A DNA stretch of 64,000 bases from NCBI GenBank assembly GCA_034422875.1, contig DAOUJI010000079.1, positions 9,928 to 73,927 on the forward strand, given 5' to 3'. Shown here in pieces: positions 9,363 through 19,197 of this stretch (its first letter is position 1; each line of letters begins with the position of its first letter). The notes beneath the pieces were generated by a model. That model ran no database searches. It was given only the letters and a program-made list of their open reading frames with translations, and was not told where the DNA came from. A program made the position numbers and the translations under genes. Origin of the DNA: Dehalococcoidia bacterium (GTDB lineage Bacteria > Chloroflexota > Dehalococcoidia > Lucifugimonadales > JAGWBF01).

Positions 9363-10280
9363 CTAACGCCAAACCCGAGAGGCCCCGCCTTGGGGCACCA
9401 TGCCTGAGAAGAGTTCCGGGTGAATTATCTCCGCCAGTATCTCCAGCCCGTTGACCAGGCGCGGCCCGGAGCGGTTGAAATAGGCGCTGCCGTCCACCGC
9501 AAACACCCGACCGTCACGTACGGCCGGAATCGAGTCCCAACCCGGCCTCTCCTTTAACTTGGGCGCTTCCTTCAATGTGTGCGGCAAGTCAAAACCGCAG
9601 GGGCAGAGCATGATGACATCCGGCTGCTGCTCCACAACCTTTTCCCATGCAATGGTGAAGGTTGGCTTGTCCTTGTCTCCCAGGCAGTCCTCGCCTCCGG
9701 CCATTTCCACCATCTGGGGCACCCAGTGGCCGGCCACCATGACAGGGTCGAACCATTCGATGCAGGCAACTTTCGGACGACGGTCGGCGAGCGCCGCTAT
9801 ACTCTTGACACGCTGGACCCTTCGGTCCAACGACTCCACGTACTGCTCCGCAGTCGCTTCCACTCCCGCTGCCCGTCCCACCGTGCGGATGTTGCTGAAG
9901 ACGTCCTCTATGCAAGTCGGATCGAGCGAGATGATTCGGGGCTGGTTTTCCAGTTTCTTCGTTGCGTCGGCAACCTGCCGCGCGGTAATCGCTCACTCCG
10001 CGCATAACTCCTGGCTGAGGAGGAGGTCGGGCTGTATCTCCATGATGGCTTCTTCGTCAATGTCGTAGATGCCCTTTTCTTCCCGGAGCCTCTCGGCCAC
10101 GATGGCGTGGATTTCACTGCTGGTGTAGTCGCCGTCCTGAAAGATGCTGGAGACTATCTGTCTGACCTGTTGGGCCTGAGGAGGATAGTCGCATTCGTGG
10201 GAGACGCCGTAGAGGCTGCCCCCCAGCCCAAGGGCGTAGACCATCTCCGTGGCGCTGGGAAGGAATGAGCAGATTCGCAT
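9363..10280 (-). CDS. BtuF-like (cobalamin/iron substrate-binding fold) protein, probable selenoprotein with Sec at codon 96 (TGA 9993-9995)
   Basis: ORF-track pieces 9993-10280 and 9363-9881 are in one frame; the 37 codons between them are open; the joined 305-aa protein has MRICSFLPSATE, SHECDYP, QELCAE*AI, IEWFDP..VAGHWVPQM, CPCGF and YFNRSGPRL. Confidence 0.85.
9964..9983 (-). promoter_or_regulatory. Putative bacterial SECIS hairpin
   Basis: GCG-CGGCA-GGU-UGCCG-A-CGC at nt 10-29 after the UGA; apical GGU at +18..+20 versus +19..+21 in E. coli fdhF (GCAGGU core, recalled from memory). Confidence 0.7.
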
Positions 10281-10292
10281 AATCGCCCTCTC

Positions 10293-11699
10293 TTACGTTA
10301 TCTGATAGCCCTTTGGAGCGTACGCCGCCAGATTGGGGTCTCCGGGAAGGAATCCTCCTGCTCCTTGACTGCCGACGAATTCTCCCTTCTCCATCACGAC
10401 CCGGCCCCGCTGCATGGTAAGCTCCGGCATTCCCATAAGCTCGAACCCGTCGAAGGCGGAGTGGTCGGTGTTCCCGTGCTGGCCGTCCACCGTATGCTCC
10501 TTGGCCGGGTCCCAAATCACAAGGTCGGCGTCGGAACCGGGTTGAAGCGTCCCTTTCTTTGGGTACAGGCCGAATATCTTGGCCGGGTTCTCACAGAAGA
10601 CCTGCACCATCCTTGGGAGGCTAATGCGCCCCGTGTTCACGCCAAGGGTCCACACCACCGGCATCATGAATTCAATCGTATTCAGCCCATGGGGGGCGTC
10701 GAATATGTTGTCGCCGCCCACCGTCTTCTGTGCGACGGTGCGGCCTCCGGAGTCGCTGGCGACCACGTTTATCGTTCCGTCGGCCAACGCCTGCCACAGA
10801 GCTTCCTGGTCAGGACTCTTCCTCAGAGGTGGCCCAACTTTAGCCAGCGGCCCCCGGCGGGACATTTCGTCGTCAGTAAGCGCAAGATAGTGGGGACAGG
10901 TCTCGGTGAAAAGCTGGAGACCCCGGCCTCTGAATTCATGCACCAGCGGGATAGACTCCTTGGTACTAAGGTGCACGGAGTAGAGGGGTGAGCCCGCCAC
11001 TTGAGAAAAAGTGGAGGCGCGGTACAGCCCTTCCGCCTCCAGGATGTTGGGCTGAGATGGGGGATAGTATTCAGGGCCAATCTTTCCGTGCCCAATATGG
11101 TCGTCCACCAGATAATCGATGCAGCAGGCGTTCTCGCAGTGGACCATGGGCAGACCGCCCTCGCTGGCCGCCAGGTCCATGGTTTTGAGCATTCCGTCCT
11201 CGGTTATCGCCATGCCACGTCGCTTGTAGGCCAGGAACATCTTGAAAGAGATGACCCCCAGCTTCATTAGCTCCGGGATAGACTTGCCCAGGATGTCTTC
11301 GTCGGCGGCTGTGTAGGTGCCGTGGACGGAGAAGTCCAGGTGGGAGATGCGTTCTCCTTCGTCTATGAACCCTTTGACAAGGTCGGTGGTGTACCCGTTA
11401 AAGCCCCAGCCGGCGACGTTGCCCACGAATGCGATGACTGTGGTCACGCCGCCGTAGGCTGCGGTGACGGTGTAGGCGTCCATTTTGTCGGAATAGACGG
11501 GATGGCAATGGGCGTCGACGGAGCCGGGCAAAACATAGCGGCCAGCGGCGTCTATTGTCCGGGAGACCCCTACCCCAGACAGGTCGGGGCCGACCTGAGC
11601 GATACGCTCTCCCGAAACCAGTACATCGCCCCGGGAAATCCCCTGGCCTGAAACCAGAATCCCGCCCTTTACCAGTACGTCTCCTCTTGGGGACGCCAT
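10293..11699 (-). CDS. Dihydropyrimidinase/hydantoinase-like cyclic amidohydrolase
   Basis: PGSVDAHCH, SFKMF (carbamylated Lys), MVHCEN, VHLST, ETCPHYL, PPLR, KGTLQPGSDADLVIWDP. Confidence 0.9.
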   Translation of the reverse strand: MASPRGDVLVKGGILVSGQGISRGDVLVSGERIAQVGPDLSGVGVSRTIDAAGRYVLPGSVDAHCHPVYSDKMDAYTVTAAYGGVTTVIAFVGNVAGWGFNGYTTDLVKGFIDEGERISHLDFSVHGTYTAADEDILGKSIPELMKLGVISFKMFLAYKRRGMAITEDGMLKTMDLAASEGGLPMVHCENACCIDYLVDDHIGHGKIGPEYYPPSQPNILEAEGLYRASTFSQVAGSPLYSVHLSTKESIPLVHEFRGRGLQLFTETCPHYLALTDDEMSRRGPLAKVGPPLRKSPDQEALWQALADGTINVVASDSGGRTVAQKTVGGDNIFDAPHGLNTIEFMMPVVWTLGVNTGRISLPRMVQVFCENPAKIFGLYPKKGTLQPGSDADLVIWDPAKEHTVDGQHGNTDHSAFDGFELMGMPELTMQRGRVVMEKGEFVGSQGAGGFLPGDPNLAAYAPKGYQIT

Positions 11700-11707
11700 G
11701 GGCCAGG

Positions 11708-12463
11708 CTACTCTTCAGAGACTACCGGGTTGGACAAGACGCCGATACCTGGCACGTCGATTTCCACTGTGTCCCCGTGGTTAAGTCCTGCCGGTTTGCC
11801 CGACGTGCCCATGAATATCATGTCGCCGGGCTCCAGGGTCATCCTGCGGGATGTCCACTCGATGATGGTGGGCAGGTCGAACACCATCCCGGACGTGCTC
11901 TCGGCCTGCACTTCGGCGCCGTTGATGCGGGCGGTGAGCATGGCGTCGAAGGGGTCGATTTCGTCAGATATGAACGGCCCCACGGGAGAGAAGGTGTCGG
12001 AGGACTTAGCCCTCCACCATTGGCCGTCTCCCCTTTGCCACTCACGGGCGCTCACGTCGTTGCCGCAGGAGTAGCCCAGCACGTAGTCAAGAGCTTCTTC
12101 CTTGGGAACGTTCCGCGCCCGCTTGCCGATGATCACCACCAGCTCGCCTTCCTCTTCCACCGTCTCGGCGTCCCTGGGCCGGATGATGGGGTCGCCGTGG
12201 GCCGCAAGAGACGACGGGGTCTTGAGGAATATAAGGGGCTGCGTCGGCGTGGGCCTGTCTCCCAGATGGCTGTAGTAGTTGAGACCCACCGCCAGAATCT
12301 TGGACGGGGCCGTAGGAGTAAGCAGCTTCACCTCTGCCAACGTGTGGGTGTGGTCGGTGACCTCATAGGACTCGTAGGGCGGGGCGGTTAGCTGGCGGAC
12401 GATGTCGCCGTCCACTACGCCGTAGGCTACTTCTCCGTGGGCCAGGTAACGTGCAAACTTCAT
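11708..12463 (-). CDS. Fumarylacetoacetate hydrolase family protein
   Basis: VGLNYYSH, FLKTPSS, EEEGELVVIIGK, CGNDVSAR, AKSSDTFSPVGP, TLEPGDMIFMGT. Confidence 0.93.
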   Translation of the reverse strand: MKFARYLAHGEVAYGVVDGDIVRQLTAPPYESYEVTDHTHTLAEVKLLTPTAPSKILAVGLNYYSHLGDRPTPTQPLIFLKTPSSLAAHGDPIIRPRDAETVEEEGELVVIIGKRARNVPKEEALDYVLGYSCGNDVSAREWQRGDGQWWRAKSSDTFSPVGPFISDEIDPFDAMLTARINGAEVQAESTSGMVFDLPTIIEWTSRRMTLEPGDMIFMGTSGKPAGLNHGDTVEIDVPGIGVLSNPVVSEE

Positions 12464-12509
12464 GGCTTCCTCCTAAGGCTCGTAAGATTGGTTTCTTTAG
12501 GTGGTTCTT

Positions 12510-13541
12510 CTAAGGGGTCTGCAACACCAGCTTGCCGAAAAAGTCGCGGCTCTCCATGGTTCGATAAGCTTCCGTCGCATCTTCCAGGGGAAAGGTCTTG
12601 CCAACGACACCCCGGATGCCTCCCGTTCTTATTACCCTCATCATGTCGCCAAAGCTACGCTTACTGCGTCCGCCGCTGCCTAGCAGTGACAAGGGCGTGC
12701 CGCTTAGCTGGGAAAGGTTCAAGGAGTAGTTTGCCCCGGAGTGGGTCCCGGTGATAACCAGGCGTCCCCCCGGCTTGATGCAAGCCAGGCTCTCGTCCCA
12801 TACCTCGGCACCCACGCTGTCGAAAACAAAGTCCACACCCTGGCCGTCGGTGAATTCTTTCACCACCTGGCTGAAGTTGGGAGTTGTGTTGTAGTTGATG
12901 CCCAAGTCGGCGCCCATTTCCCTGGCTTTGTCCAGCTTCCAGTCGCTGCCAGCAGTGGTGATGACACGGGCGCCTACGTGCTTTGCGATGGCTATGGCCG
13001 TGGAGCCGACACCGCTGCCTGCGGCGTGAATGAGTATGTCGTCCCAAGGCTGTAGCTTGCCCCTCTCGATGAGGCAATGCCACGAAGTATGGGTCGCAAC
13101 TGGGAAAGCTGCCGCCTCGTCAAACCCCATCCAATCAGGGATGACGTGGGCGTTGACGGCCGGTACAACGCAGTATTGGGCATGGCCTCCGTCGATGTCG
13201 GACCCCAAACGCATTTGTTTCGGGCAATACTGGTCGACGCCAGCGCGGCAGCGGTCACAGGTGTAGCACTTGACCCGGTTGTCGATAAGGACCCGGTCGC
13301 CCTCCTTGAGCCAGTCCACGGTGGGGCTGACCTGGGCCACTTCTCCGGCCATGTCCAGGCCGAAAATCCTGGGCAGGCTCCGGGTATTGGTCCTGCCGCT
13401 GATTATGTAAAGGTCTGCGTGGTTGAGGGCCGACGCCCGTACCCTTATGACGACCTCACCCGGTCCGGCTTCGGGGTCCGGCCGGTCTCCGTACTTCACA
13501 TTGCTCAGGTCGCCCGTCTGATCGAGATAGATGGCTTTCAA
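12510..13541 (-). CDS. Zinc-binding medium-chain dehydrogenase/reductase
   Basis: GEVVIRVRASALNHAD, structural-Zn CYTCDRC...C, AAGSGVGS NAD(P) site, FFGKLVL; probable TTG start at 13541 after GGGAG. Confidence 0.88.
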   Translation of the reverse strand: MKAIYLDQTGDLSNVKYGDRPDPEAGPGEVVIRVRASALNHADLYIISGRTNTRSLPRIFGLDMAGEVAQVSPTVDWLKEGDRVLIDNRVKCYTCDRCRAGVDQYCPKQMRLGSDIDGGHAQYCVVPAVNAHVIPDWMGFDEAAAFPVATHTSWHCLIERGKLQPWDDILIHAAGSGVGSTAIAIAKHVGARVITTAGSDWKLDKAREMGADLGINYNTTPNFSQVVKEFTDGQGVDFVFDSVGAEVWDESLACIKPGGRLVITGTHSGANYSLNLSQLSGTPLSLLGSGGRSKRSFGDMMRVIRTGGIRGVVGKTFPLEDATEAYRTMESRDFFGKLVLQTP

Positions 13542-13747
13542 GGCTGGCGCGCTCCCAATTGCCCCGGACGCCCTAAAGTCAGCGTCCGCCCGTATCTTAC
13601 CCCAGGCGCCAAAGCCCGTCAAAGGAGATGCTGGGCCAAACGCAAATCCACATCGTCGAATGTACAGTACATGCCATTAAAGGCGTTATATAATTCCCGC
13701 ATCCCGGCTATAATCGACACGCCATTGAACAGTTCATAGAAATTCCG

Positions 13748-14275
13748 ATGCCATTCCTTCATCCTAGTCCTCTAGCCATGCGATTAGTACGTTACGTCAT
13801 AGCGTTCGGGGCTTTGGCGATGGCGGTTGTGTCAGTCCTCGCCTGCTCGTCTCAACCCGGTGACACTGCAGTCCCGTCAGATCCGACGGTGCGCTCCGGC
13901 CAGCAGGTCTTCGCTTCCATCTGCGCCGCTTGCCACGGAGTCGGAGGGGAAGGTCAGGAGGACTGGCACGTCCCAAAGGAAGACGGAACTCTGCCAGCTC
14001 CCCCCCTCAACGGCGACGGCCATACCTGGCATCACGGCGACGGGCTGCTGTACCAAATCGTCAGCCAGGGAGGTAAATCCCTAGAGAGCCCGAACGTCCC
14101 CAACTTCAAAAGCGCCATGCCTGCCTTTGGAGACCTTCTTAGCCACGAAGAAATCATCGCCGTCCTGACCTATGTCAAAAGCCTCTGGGAAGACAAGACC
14201 AAAAGGGGCATTTCCATCGTGGAGTCCCAGGGCCGGGCAAGCGAATTAGACCCGTTCCCGGTGGCGCGCAACTAA
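13748..14275 (+). CDS. Mono-heme cytochrome c lipoprotein
   Basis: Lipobox VLAC, CAACH heme motif, PAPPLNGDGHTWHH, SAMPAF distal Met. Confidence 0.88.
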   Translation: MPFLHPSPLAMRLVRYVIAFGALAMAVVSVLACSSQPGDTAVPSDPTVRSGQQVFASICAACHGVGGEGQEDWHVPKEDGTLPAPPLNGDGHTWHHGDGLLYQIVSQGGKSLESPNVPNFKSAMPAFGDLLSHEEIIAVLTYVKSLWEDKTKRGISIVESQGRASELDPFPVARN

Positions 14276-14440
14276 ACGTCTACACCGACACCATACAGGA
14301 ATTCCTCAAGTCTAGTTCCCCGATTCGTTGATATGGCCCGGTGGCTTGGCGGCAAGCTGTACCCCACCCGGTCCGATTCTTGCTGCTGCCCAACCAGTTG
14401 TTTCCGCGAAACGGCCAACAACAATATCACACTTGAAATC

Positions 14441-16234
14441 CTATAGTTCCCGATAGTAATCCCGTACCTTTGTGGACATGAGCCGTCTACGCTCCTGGAG
14501 GAAATCGTCGTAGCCTTCAACCCCTACGGTATCCATCCCTGCCGGGATGCAGTGCGCCGTTAAGTTCTCCTGCAACTGGTCAGAGTCCGTAATCCCTCCA
14601 TAGACGGGGGCGTTGCTTTTGCACTGTTTCCACAACTCTGAGAAGTACTTTGACGGCGGGCTGTCACTAATAGCAATGTTTATTTCACTCTGCATTACCA
14701 CATAATTCGCGATCTGATTGTATCGACCACGTTGGAATCCTTTCTTCATCAAATAGTTTCGCGGGAACACATGATGTATATGTGACTGGCCTTGAAGAAG
14801 ATTCTGTACGGTCAGATCCCGTGAAAGGAAACCTTTATCGTTTCCCTTCACTTGACTCGCGAGGAATACGTTAAAATATGGGCTGCTGGCAACGGACGTG
14901 TCCATTTGTTGAGGCAGGCCCACATCCCAGAATGCATCGGATAGTTCAGCCCGTTCGATTGTATCGAGATAAGCCGATGCCCCTTGATTATCGATGTTTC
15001 CAACATCTACACCGAAGGTCGTTTCCGGCGCACCAGTGTATCTACCCGTTAGAACTGACATCACAAACCATCGGCGCACTAGCGCCTCAATGCGCTCTGC
15101 CGATTCACCCTGCCTACGTAATATCAAGTAGAGTATATACCCGAAGTTTACGGTGTTCTGGGACCTGATAAGTGAGGAATCCACGAATCCTGCAGAGCGC
15201 AGGATCATAATGAACTTTTTGAAATTAGTCTCGTTCATGTACCGCAGTATTCCGTCGCTAAGCTTGTGGAAGGACTCTTCGGCAATGGCTTCCTCGTATG
15301 TGCGTGTCACGAAATTACGACCTGAGAGAAGAGCAACTAAATCCTCTAAGCGCCCTCTCTTGAACTGTGACGTAAAGACGACCCTGAGCATGTCGGTATA
15401 TGAAGGGTCATAGAGGTCGTCCTTCTCCTCCTTCATCCATTTCATGGCCCGAAAGTAGTCCGTTGCGGCAAAGGCGTCGTCGTTTGCCAAGTCATTGTAT
15501 GCTTCCGGAGCTACGGCGAGGTGGCAGAAGTAGTCGATGCATTTTCGTAAGAGGTGCCCACCGTGCTGTTCACTGGCAGCCATCTTGGACATAACGAAGT
15601 CCGCGGCGTTCAGCGTGACACCCTGGGAGTTGATTCGAACGAAAATGTCGGCGACCGTCTCCACATCAAGGTCAGCGTTCAGGTCAATCAGGCCTAGAGA
15701 GTTGTGCTGGATGCCATCAAGCTGTTTCAAACTTTCATCTATCTTGCGTTTTTCGGCGTTCGGGTTCGCTTCACAGTACTCCTCGAGTAGTTGGAGCATC
15801 CAGGCATCTGGGGCGAATACCTTGGCGATATCAGAAATCCATTCTGGGTCGCGGAGAATCGCAGCGTTGACCACCTCAAAGCGTTCCTCACCGGGATGAA
15901 AGGCTATAGATATCCTCCTTCGCTTATAGTCTCTGTCGACAACCGGTTCACCAAGCAACGCGGCTAGGAGGGCCGTCACGCGTTGCTGGCCGTCAATCAG
16001 GACGCGCTTTCCGCTGGACTGAGTGCCGTCTTTTAAGCGTACGTCCGGGTTTTGCCATGCGATGAGATACCCAACAGGATAACCTCTATAAAGAGAATCT
16101 ATAAAATCACGCACCTTGGCAGCGTTCCACACAAAGGGGCGTTGTATCTCAGGAATGGCAATCTGCTCGGACTTGATCCAAGTTAATAGAGTTTGAATGG
16201 GGTACTGATTAACTGAGTAACGCTGAACAGGCAT
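14441..16234 (-). CDS. GmrSD-family (DUF262 + HNH-like) modification-dependent restriction endonuclease
   Basis: [31 protein letters not shown]-terminal HIHHVFP...N...N; start ATG 16234 after AGGAGG. Confidence 0.88.
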   Translation of the reverse strand: MPVQRYSVNQYPIQTLLTWIKSEQIAIPEIQRPFVWNAAKVRDFIDSLYRGYPVGYLIAWQNPDVRLKDGTQSSGKRVLIDGQQRVTALLAALLGEPVVDRDYKRRRISIAFHPGEERFEVVNAAILRDPEWISDIAKVFAPDAWMLQLLEEYCEANPNAEKRKIDESLKQLDGIQHNSLGLIDLNADLDVETVADIFVRINSQGVTLNAADFVMSKMAASEQHGGHLLRKCIDYFCHLAVAPEAYNDLANDDAFAATDYFRAMKWMKEEKDDLYDPSYTDMLRVVFTSQFKRGRLEDLVALLSGRNFVTRTYEEAIAEESFHKLSDGILRYMNETNFKKFIMILRSAGFVDSSLIRSQNTVNFGYILYLILRRQGESAERIEALVRRWFVMSVLTGRYTGAPETTFGVDVGNIDNQGASAYLDTIERAELSDAFWDVGLPQQMDTSVASSPYFNVFLASQVKGNDKGFLSRDLTVQNLLQGQSHIHHVFPRNYLMKKGFQRGRYNQIANYVVMQSEINIAISDSPPSKYFSELWKQCKSNAPVYGGITDSDQLQENLTAHCIPAGMDTVGVEGYDDFLQERRRLMSTKVRDYYREL

Positions 16235-16585
16235 CCCGATTCCTCCTACGGACATTTAGCACTGTCATTAGACTTGTGGGTACACTGTCTTCCGCATCCA
16301 TCCGATTCAAAGAGTCGTTTCCAGCCGCCACCTATCTCCACTGACTAGTTCAGGATGCGGAGCCCTGTATACGCTTAGGTCTGATGACCCCAGGATTCTC
16401 GAGTAAGCAGAACAGATGGGCTGGACTGCCTTCGATTTCTTTTGTTCGTCATCAGGTTCAATCGGAGTGCCTAGGTCGACGGACTCGGTCTAGTTTATAA
16501 TATGTGTCCGTCTGCTGCATCTGATAATGCATTATGACCCAGGACTCAGTTTGATATTCATACGTTCCTCAATTACTTTGTAGTC

Positions 16586-16867
16586 ATGGCTAAACGACTT
16601 CAATTCTTCCTAAATGATGATGAATATGCGGAGATGCAAGCCGCCGCTCGGAGCCAGCAGATGAGTGTTGCTGAGTGGATCCGGCATACATTGCTCACGG
16701 CTATGGAGGACCAGGCAAGAACAGTCGACGCCAAACTGAAAGCCATCGCCGAGGCATCAAGCCACCAGTTTCCAACGGCTGATATAGACCTCATGCTCTG
16801 TGAGATTGAGACCGGACAGCGACCGACACAGTCCCCGCCTACCCAAACCTCAACGAGTTCCCTTTAA
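16586..16867 (+). CDS. Ribbon-helix-helix (CopG-like) antitoxin, no adjacent toxin
   Basis: KRLQFFLNDDEY...MSVAEWIR RHH pattern and FPTADIDLMLCEIETG tail. Confidence 0.7.
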   Translation: MAKRLQFFLNDDEYAEMQAAARSQQMSVAEWIRHTLLTAMEDQARTVDAKLKAIAEASSHQFPTADIDLMLCEIETGQRPTQSPPTQTSTSSL

Positions 16868-16945
16868 TACCACGCCCCTTGCCCGCCTCGAACAGTCACA
16901 CTACACTTCCATCCAACCCGGACCAGCTTGATAAGGAGTGTTGAT

Positions 16946-17740
16946 ATGAGCCTTCCGGTTTTCGACGTTACAGGCAAGAAGGTGCTGTGTGTAGGGGCAG
17001 GGCGTGGCATAGGCAAGGGCATTGCGCTGGCGTTTGGGGAGGCTGGGGCGGACGTGGCTGTCACCGGCCTCACTCCGGTAGGAGCCAACGCCGTAGCCGA
17101 GGAAATCCGAGGGATGGGGCGGCAAGGGTTGGCATTCCACGGCGACGCCACCAAGGCCGCAGACATGGACCAACTGGCCGAGCAGGTGTTGTCCGCGTTC
17201 GGGCATTTGGACGTGCTGGTCAACTGCGTAGGGGACGCCATTCAGGCTCCGGTGGCCCCGCTGCCCGACGGAGGCCCGCCCGCAATGTCGGAGGAGGACT
17301 GGCATCGCATCGTCGATCTAAACCTGACCGAGGCGTTCCAGGGCTGCCGCGCCTTCGGCCCCCACTTCCTGGAAAGGCGGCAGGGTTCGGTGATAAACAT
17401 CTCCGGCTGGGCTTCGTTCCGCGGCATGGCCCGGCGGTCCGCCTACGACGCAGCCAAAGCCGGACTCATGCGCTTCACCGAGTGTATCGCCCAGGAATGG
17501 GCTCCCTACAACATCCGGGTCAACGCCATCGCTCCAGGCCGCTTCCCGGACAAGGACCAGCTATCTGATGAAGCCTACCAACAACGGCAGGAACAAGCGA
17601 AAGAAACTGTGCTGCTGGGCCGGCTGGGTGAACTGAAGGAAGTGGGATACCTGGCCGTATACCTGGCGTCCCCCGCCGGAGACTACGTGACAGGCCAGAC
17701 TTGGGCCATAGACGGCGGCATCAGTATCATGTCGCCTTAA
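16946..17740 (+). CDS. SDR family oxidoreductase
   Basis: VGAGRGIG, YDAAK, NIRVNAIAPG, DGG; ATG after AAGGAG. Confidence 0.92.
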   Translation: MSLPVFDVTGKKVLCVGAGRGIGKGIALAFGEAGADVAVTGLTPVGANAVAEEIRGMGRQGLAFHGDATKAADMDQLAEQVLSAFGHLDVLVNCVGDAIQAPVAPLPDGGPPAMSEEDWHRIVDLNLTEAFQGCRAFGPHFLERRQGSVINISGWASFRGMARRSAYDAAKAGLMRFTECIAQEWAPYNIRVNAIAPGRFPDKDQLSDEAYQQRQEQAKETVLLGRLGELKEVGYLAVYLASPAGDYVTGQTWAIDGGISIMSP

Positions 17741-17785
17741 GGACGGTCGAGGTGGGAACCCTCCTGATGCGGGCTGTCCTCTAGC

Positions 17786-19138
17786 TCAGAGAGACGGCTC
17801 CAGATCGAACCCTATAACCCTCTCGCACCAGCGAGCCACTGCCAGCAGATTCGCCTCACCGAAACGTGTTCCGGCGAGTTGGACTCCCAGGGGAAGCCCT
17901 GACTCACTGAGTCCCGTAGGCAGGGTGACAGTGGGCAGACCAGCCGAGGTCCAGGGTCGCTGGAACACCGGGTCTCCGGTAGTGTTAAGGTCCCGTGGGG
18001 CGGGCGTCGGAGTGGACGGCATTATCAGGGCGTCGTAGCGTCCTGCCAGTGCATTCAAGTCTACGCTCAGACGCCTCCTGTGCCGCTGGGCCTGAACATA
18101 GTGGACCGCGGGGACAAGCATCCCCGTCTCTATGTTGGCCCTGAGCTTGGGGCCGAAGTCGTCGGCCCGGACCTTGTAATTGGCCTCGTGGTATGCCGCG
18201 CACTCCACGTTCATCACGATGTGATGGATTGGGTAACAGGTCTCGAAGCTCTCGGGAAGCTCGACTTCCTCTACTATGGCTCCGGCGGTTTCAAGGGCAT
18301 GGACCACTGACTCGGTGTGCTCGTGCACTTCCGGATAGCACACCTCCATGAAAAACTCCCGAAGCAGTCCCAGCCGGGGCCTGTTCGGGGACGCCTCCAG
18401 ACTCCCGACGTAGTCCTCCACGGGCGCCGTGGACGAGCCTGGGTCCACCGGGTCGTGGCCGCTCATGGCCTGTAACAGGAGCGCCGAGTCTTCCACTGAC
18501 CGCACAATGATGCCCACGGTGTCCAGAGACCAGCTCACCGGAAATACTCCGTGGCGGCTGATGCGTCCATAGGACGGCTTGAGGCCCACAACTCCGTTAT
18601 AGGCTGCCGGACGGCAGGTCGAGCCGCCCGTTTGGGAACCCAGAGCTCCGGCGCACATTCGAGCGGCCACGGCCGCCGCCGAGCCACTGCTGGAGCCGCC
18701 CGGTGTGTGTTCCAGGTCCCACGGGTTGTGAGTGTGTGAGGGGTCCGATGTGGCGAACTCCGTCGTCACCGTCTTTCCCAGCACCACCATACCCGCTTCT
18801 CGGAGCTTGGCGACACAGGTGGCGTCATATGATGGAACAAAGTCCTGGTGTATGGGGGAACAGGCAGTGGTCTTAAGGTCTTTGGTGTAGAAGATGTCCT
18901 TCAACCCGACGGGGACTCCATGCAAAGGACCCCTGGGGCCGGAGCTTTCCAGCTCCCTGTCCAGGTCTGTGGCTGCGCCCAAAGCTCCTTCACGATCGAT
19001 GGTCACCCAGGCTTGCAACCGGGGCTCCAGCCGGTCGATTTGTCCCAGCAGAGCCTCCACAATCCCGGTGGAGGTTACGGCGCCTTCACGTATGGCTCGG
19101 CCCGACTCGGACAGGCCCAGGCGGTGGAATTCTGTCAT
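17786..19138 (-). CDS. Amidase signature (GatA-like) family amidase
   Basis: GPLHGVPVGLKD, GKTVTTEFA, TPGGSSSGSAAAVA, GSQTGGS; start moved to ATG 19138. Confidence 0.92.
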   Translation of the reverse strand: MTEFHRLGLSESGRAIREGAVTSTGIVEALLGQIDRLEPRLQAWVTIDREGALGAATDLDRELESSGPRGPLHGVPVGLKDIFYTKDLKTTACSPIHQDFVPSYDATCVAKLREAGMVVLGKTVTTEFATSDPSHTHNPWDLEHTPGGSSSGSAAAVAARMCAGALGSQTGGSTCRPAAYNGVVGLKPSYGRISRHGVFPVSWSLDTVGIIVRSVEDSALLLQAMSGHDPVDPGSSTAPVEDYVGSLEASPNRPRLGLLREFFMEVCYPEVHEHTESVVHALETAGAIVEEVELPESFETCYPIHHIVMNVECAAYHEANYKVRADDFGPKLRANIETGMLVPAVHYVQAQRHRRRLSVDLNALAGRYDALIMPSTPTPAPRDLNTTGDPVFQRPWTSAGLPTVTLPTGLSESGLPLGVQLAGTRFGEANLLAVARWCERVIGFDLEPSL

Positions 19139-19157
19139 ATCCTCTGCCTCTCTAAGA

Positions 19158-19197
19158 CCTCTTCCCACTTGAGGGGGAAGATTGAGATGGGGGGTGA
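19158..19197 (+). repeat. REP-like palindromic repeat, copy 1 (divergent)
   Basis: cctcttccc-acttgag-ggggaag-attgagatggggggtga, resembles the other four copies. Confidence 0.5.

Noticed and set aside
9363-10280. Frameshifted pseudogene, or two separate genes
   Set aside because: Both pieces are in the same frame (399 nt offset), the intervening codons are open and family-like, and the only lesion is a TGA at a Cys position; a simple nonsense mutation remains possible but is less parsimonious
14276-16945. Integrative element or prophage boundaries
   Set aside because: No integrase, att-like direct repeats or tRNA found
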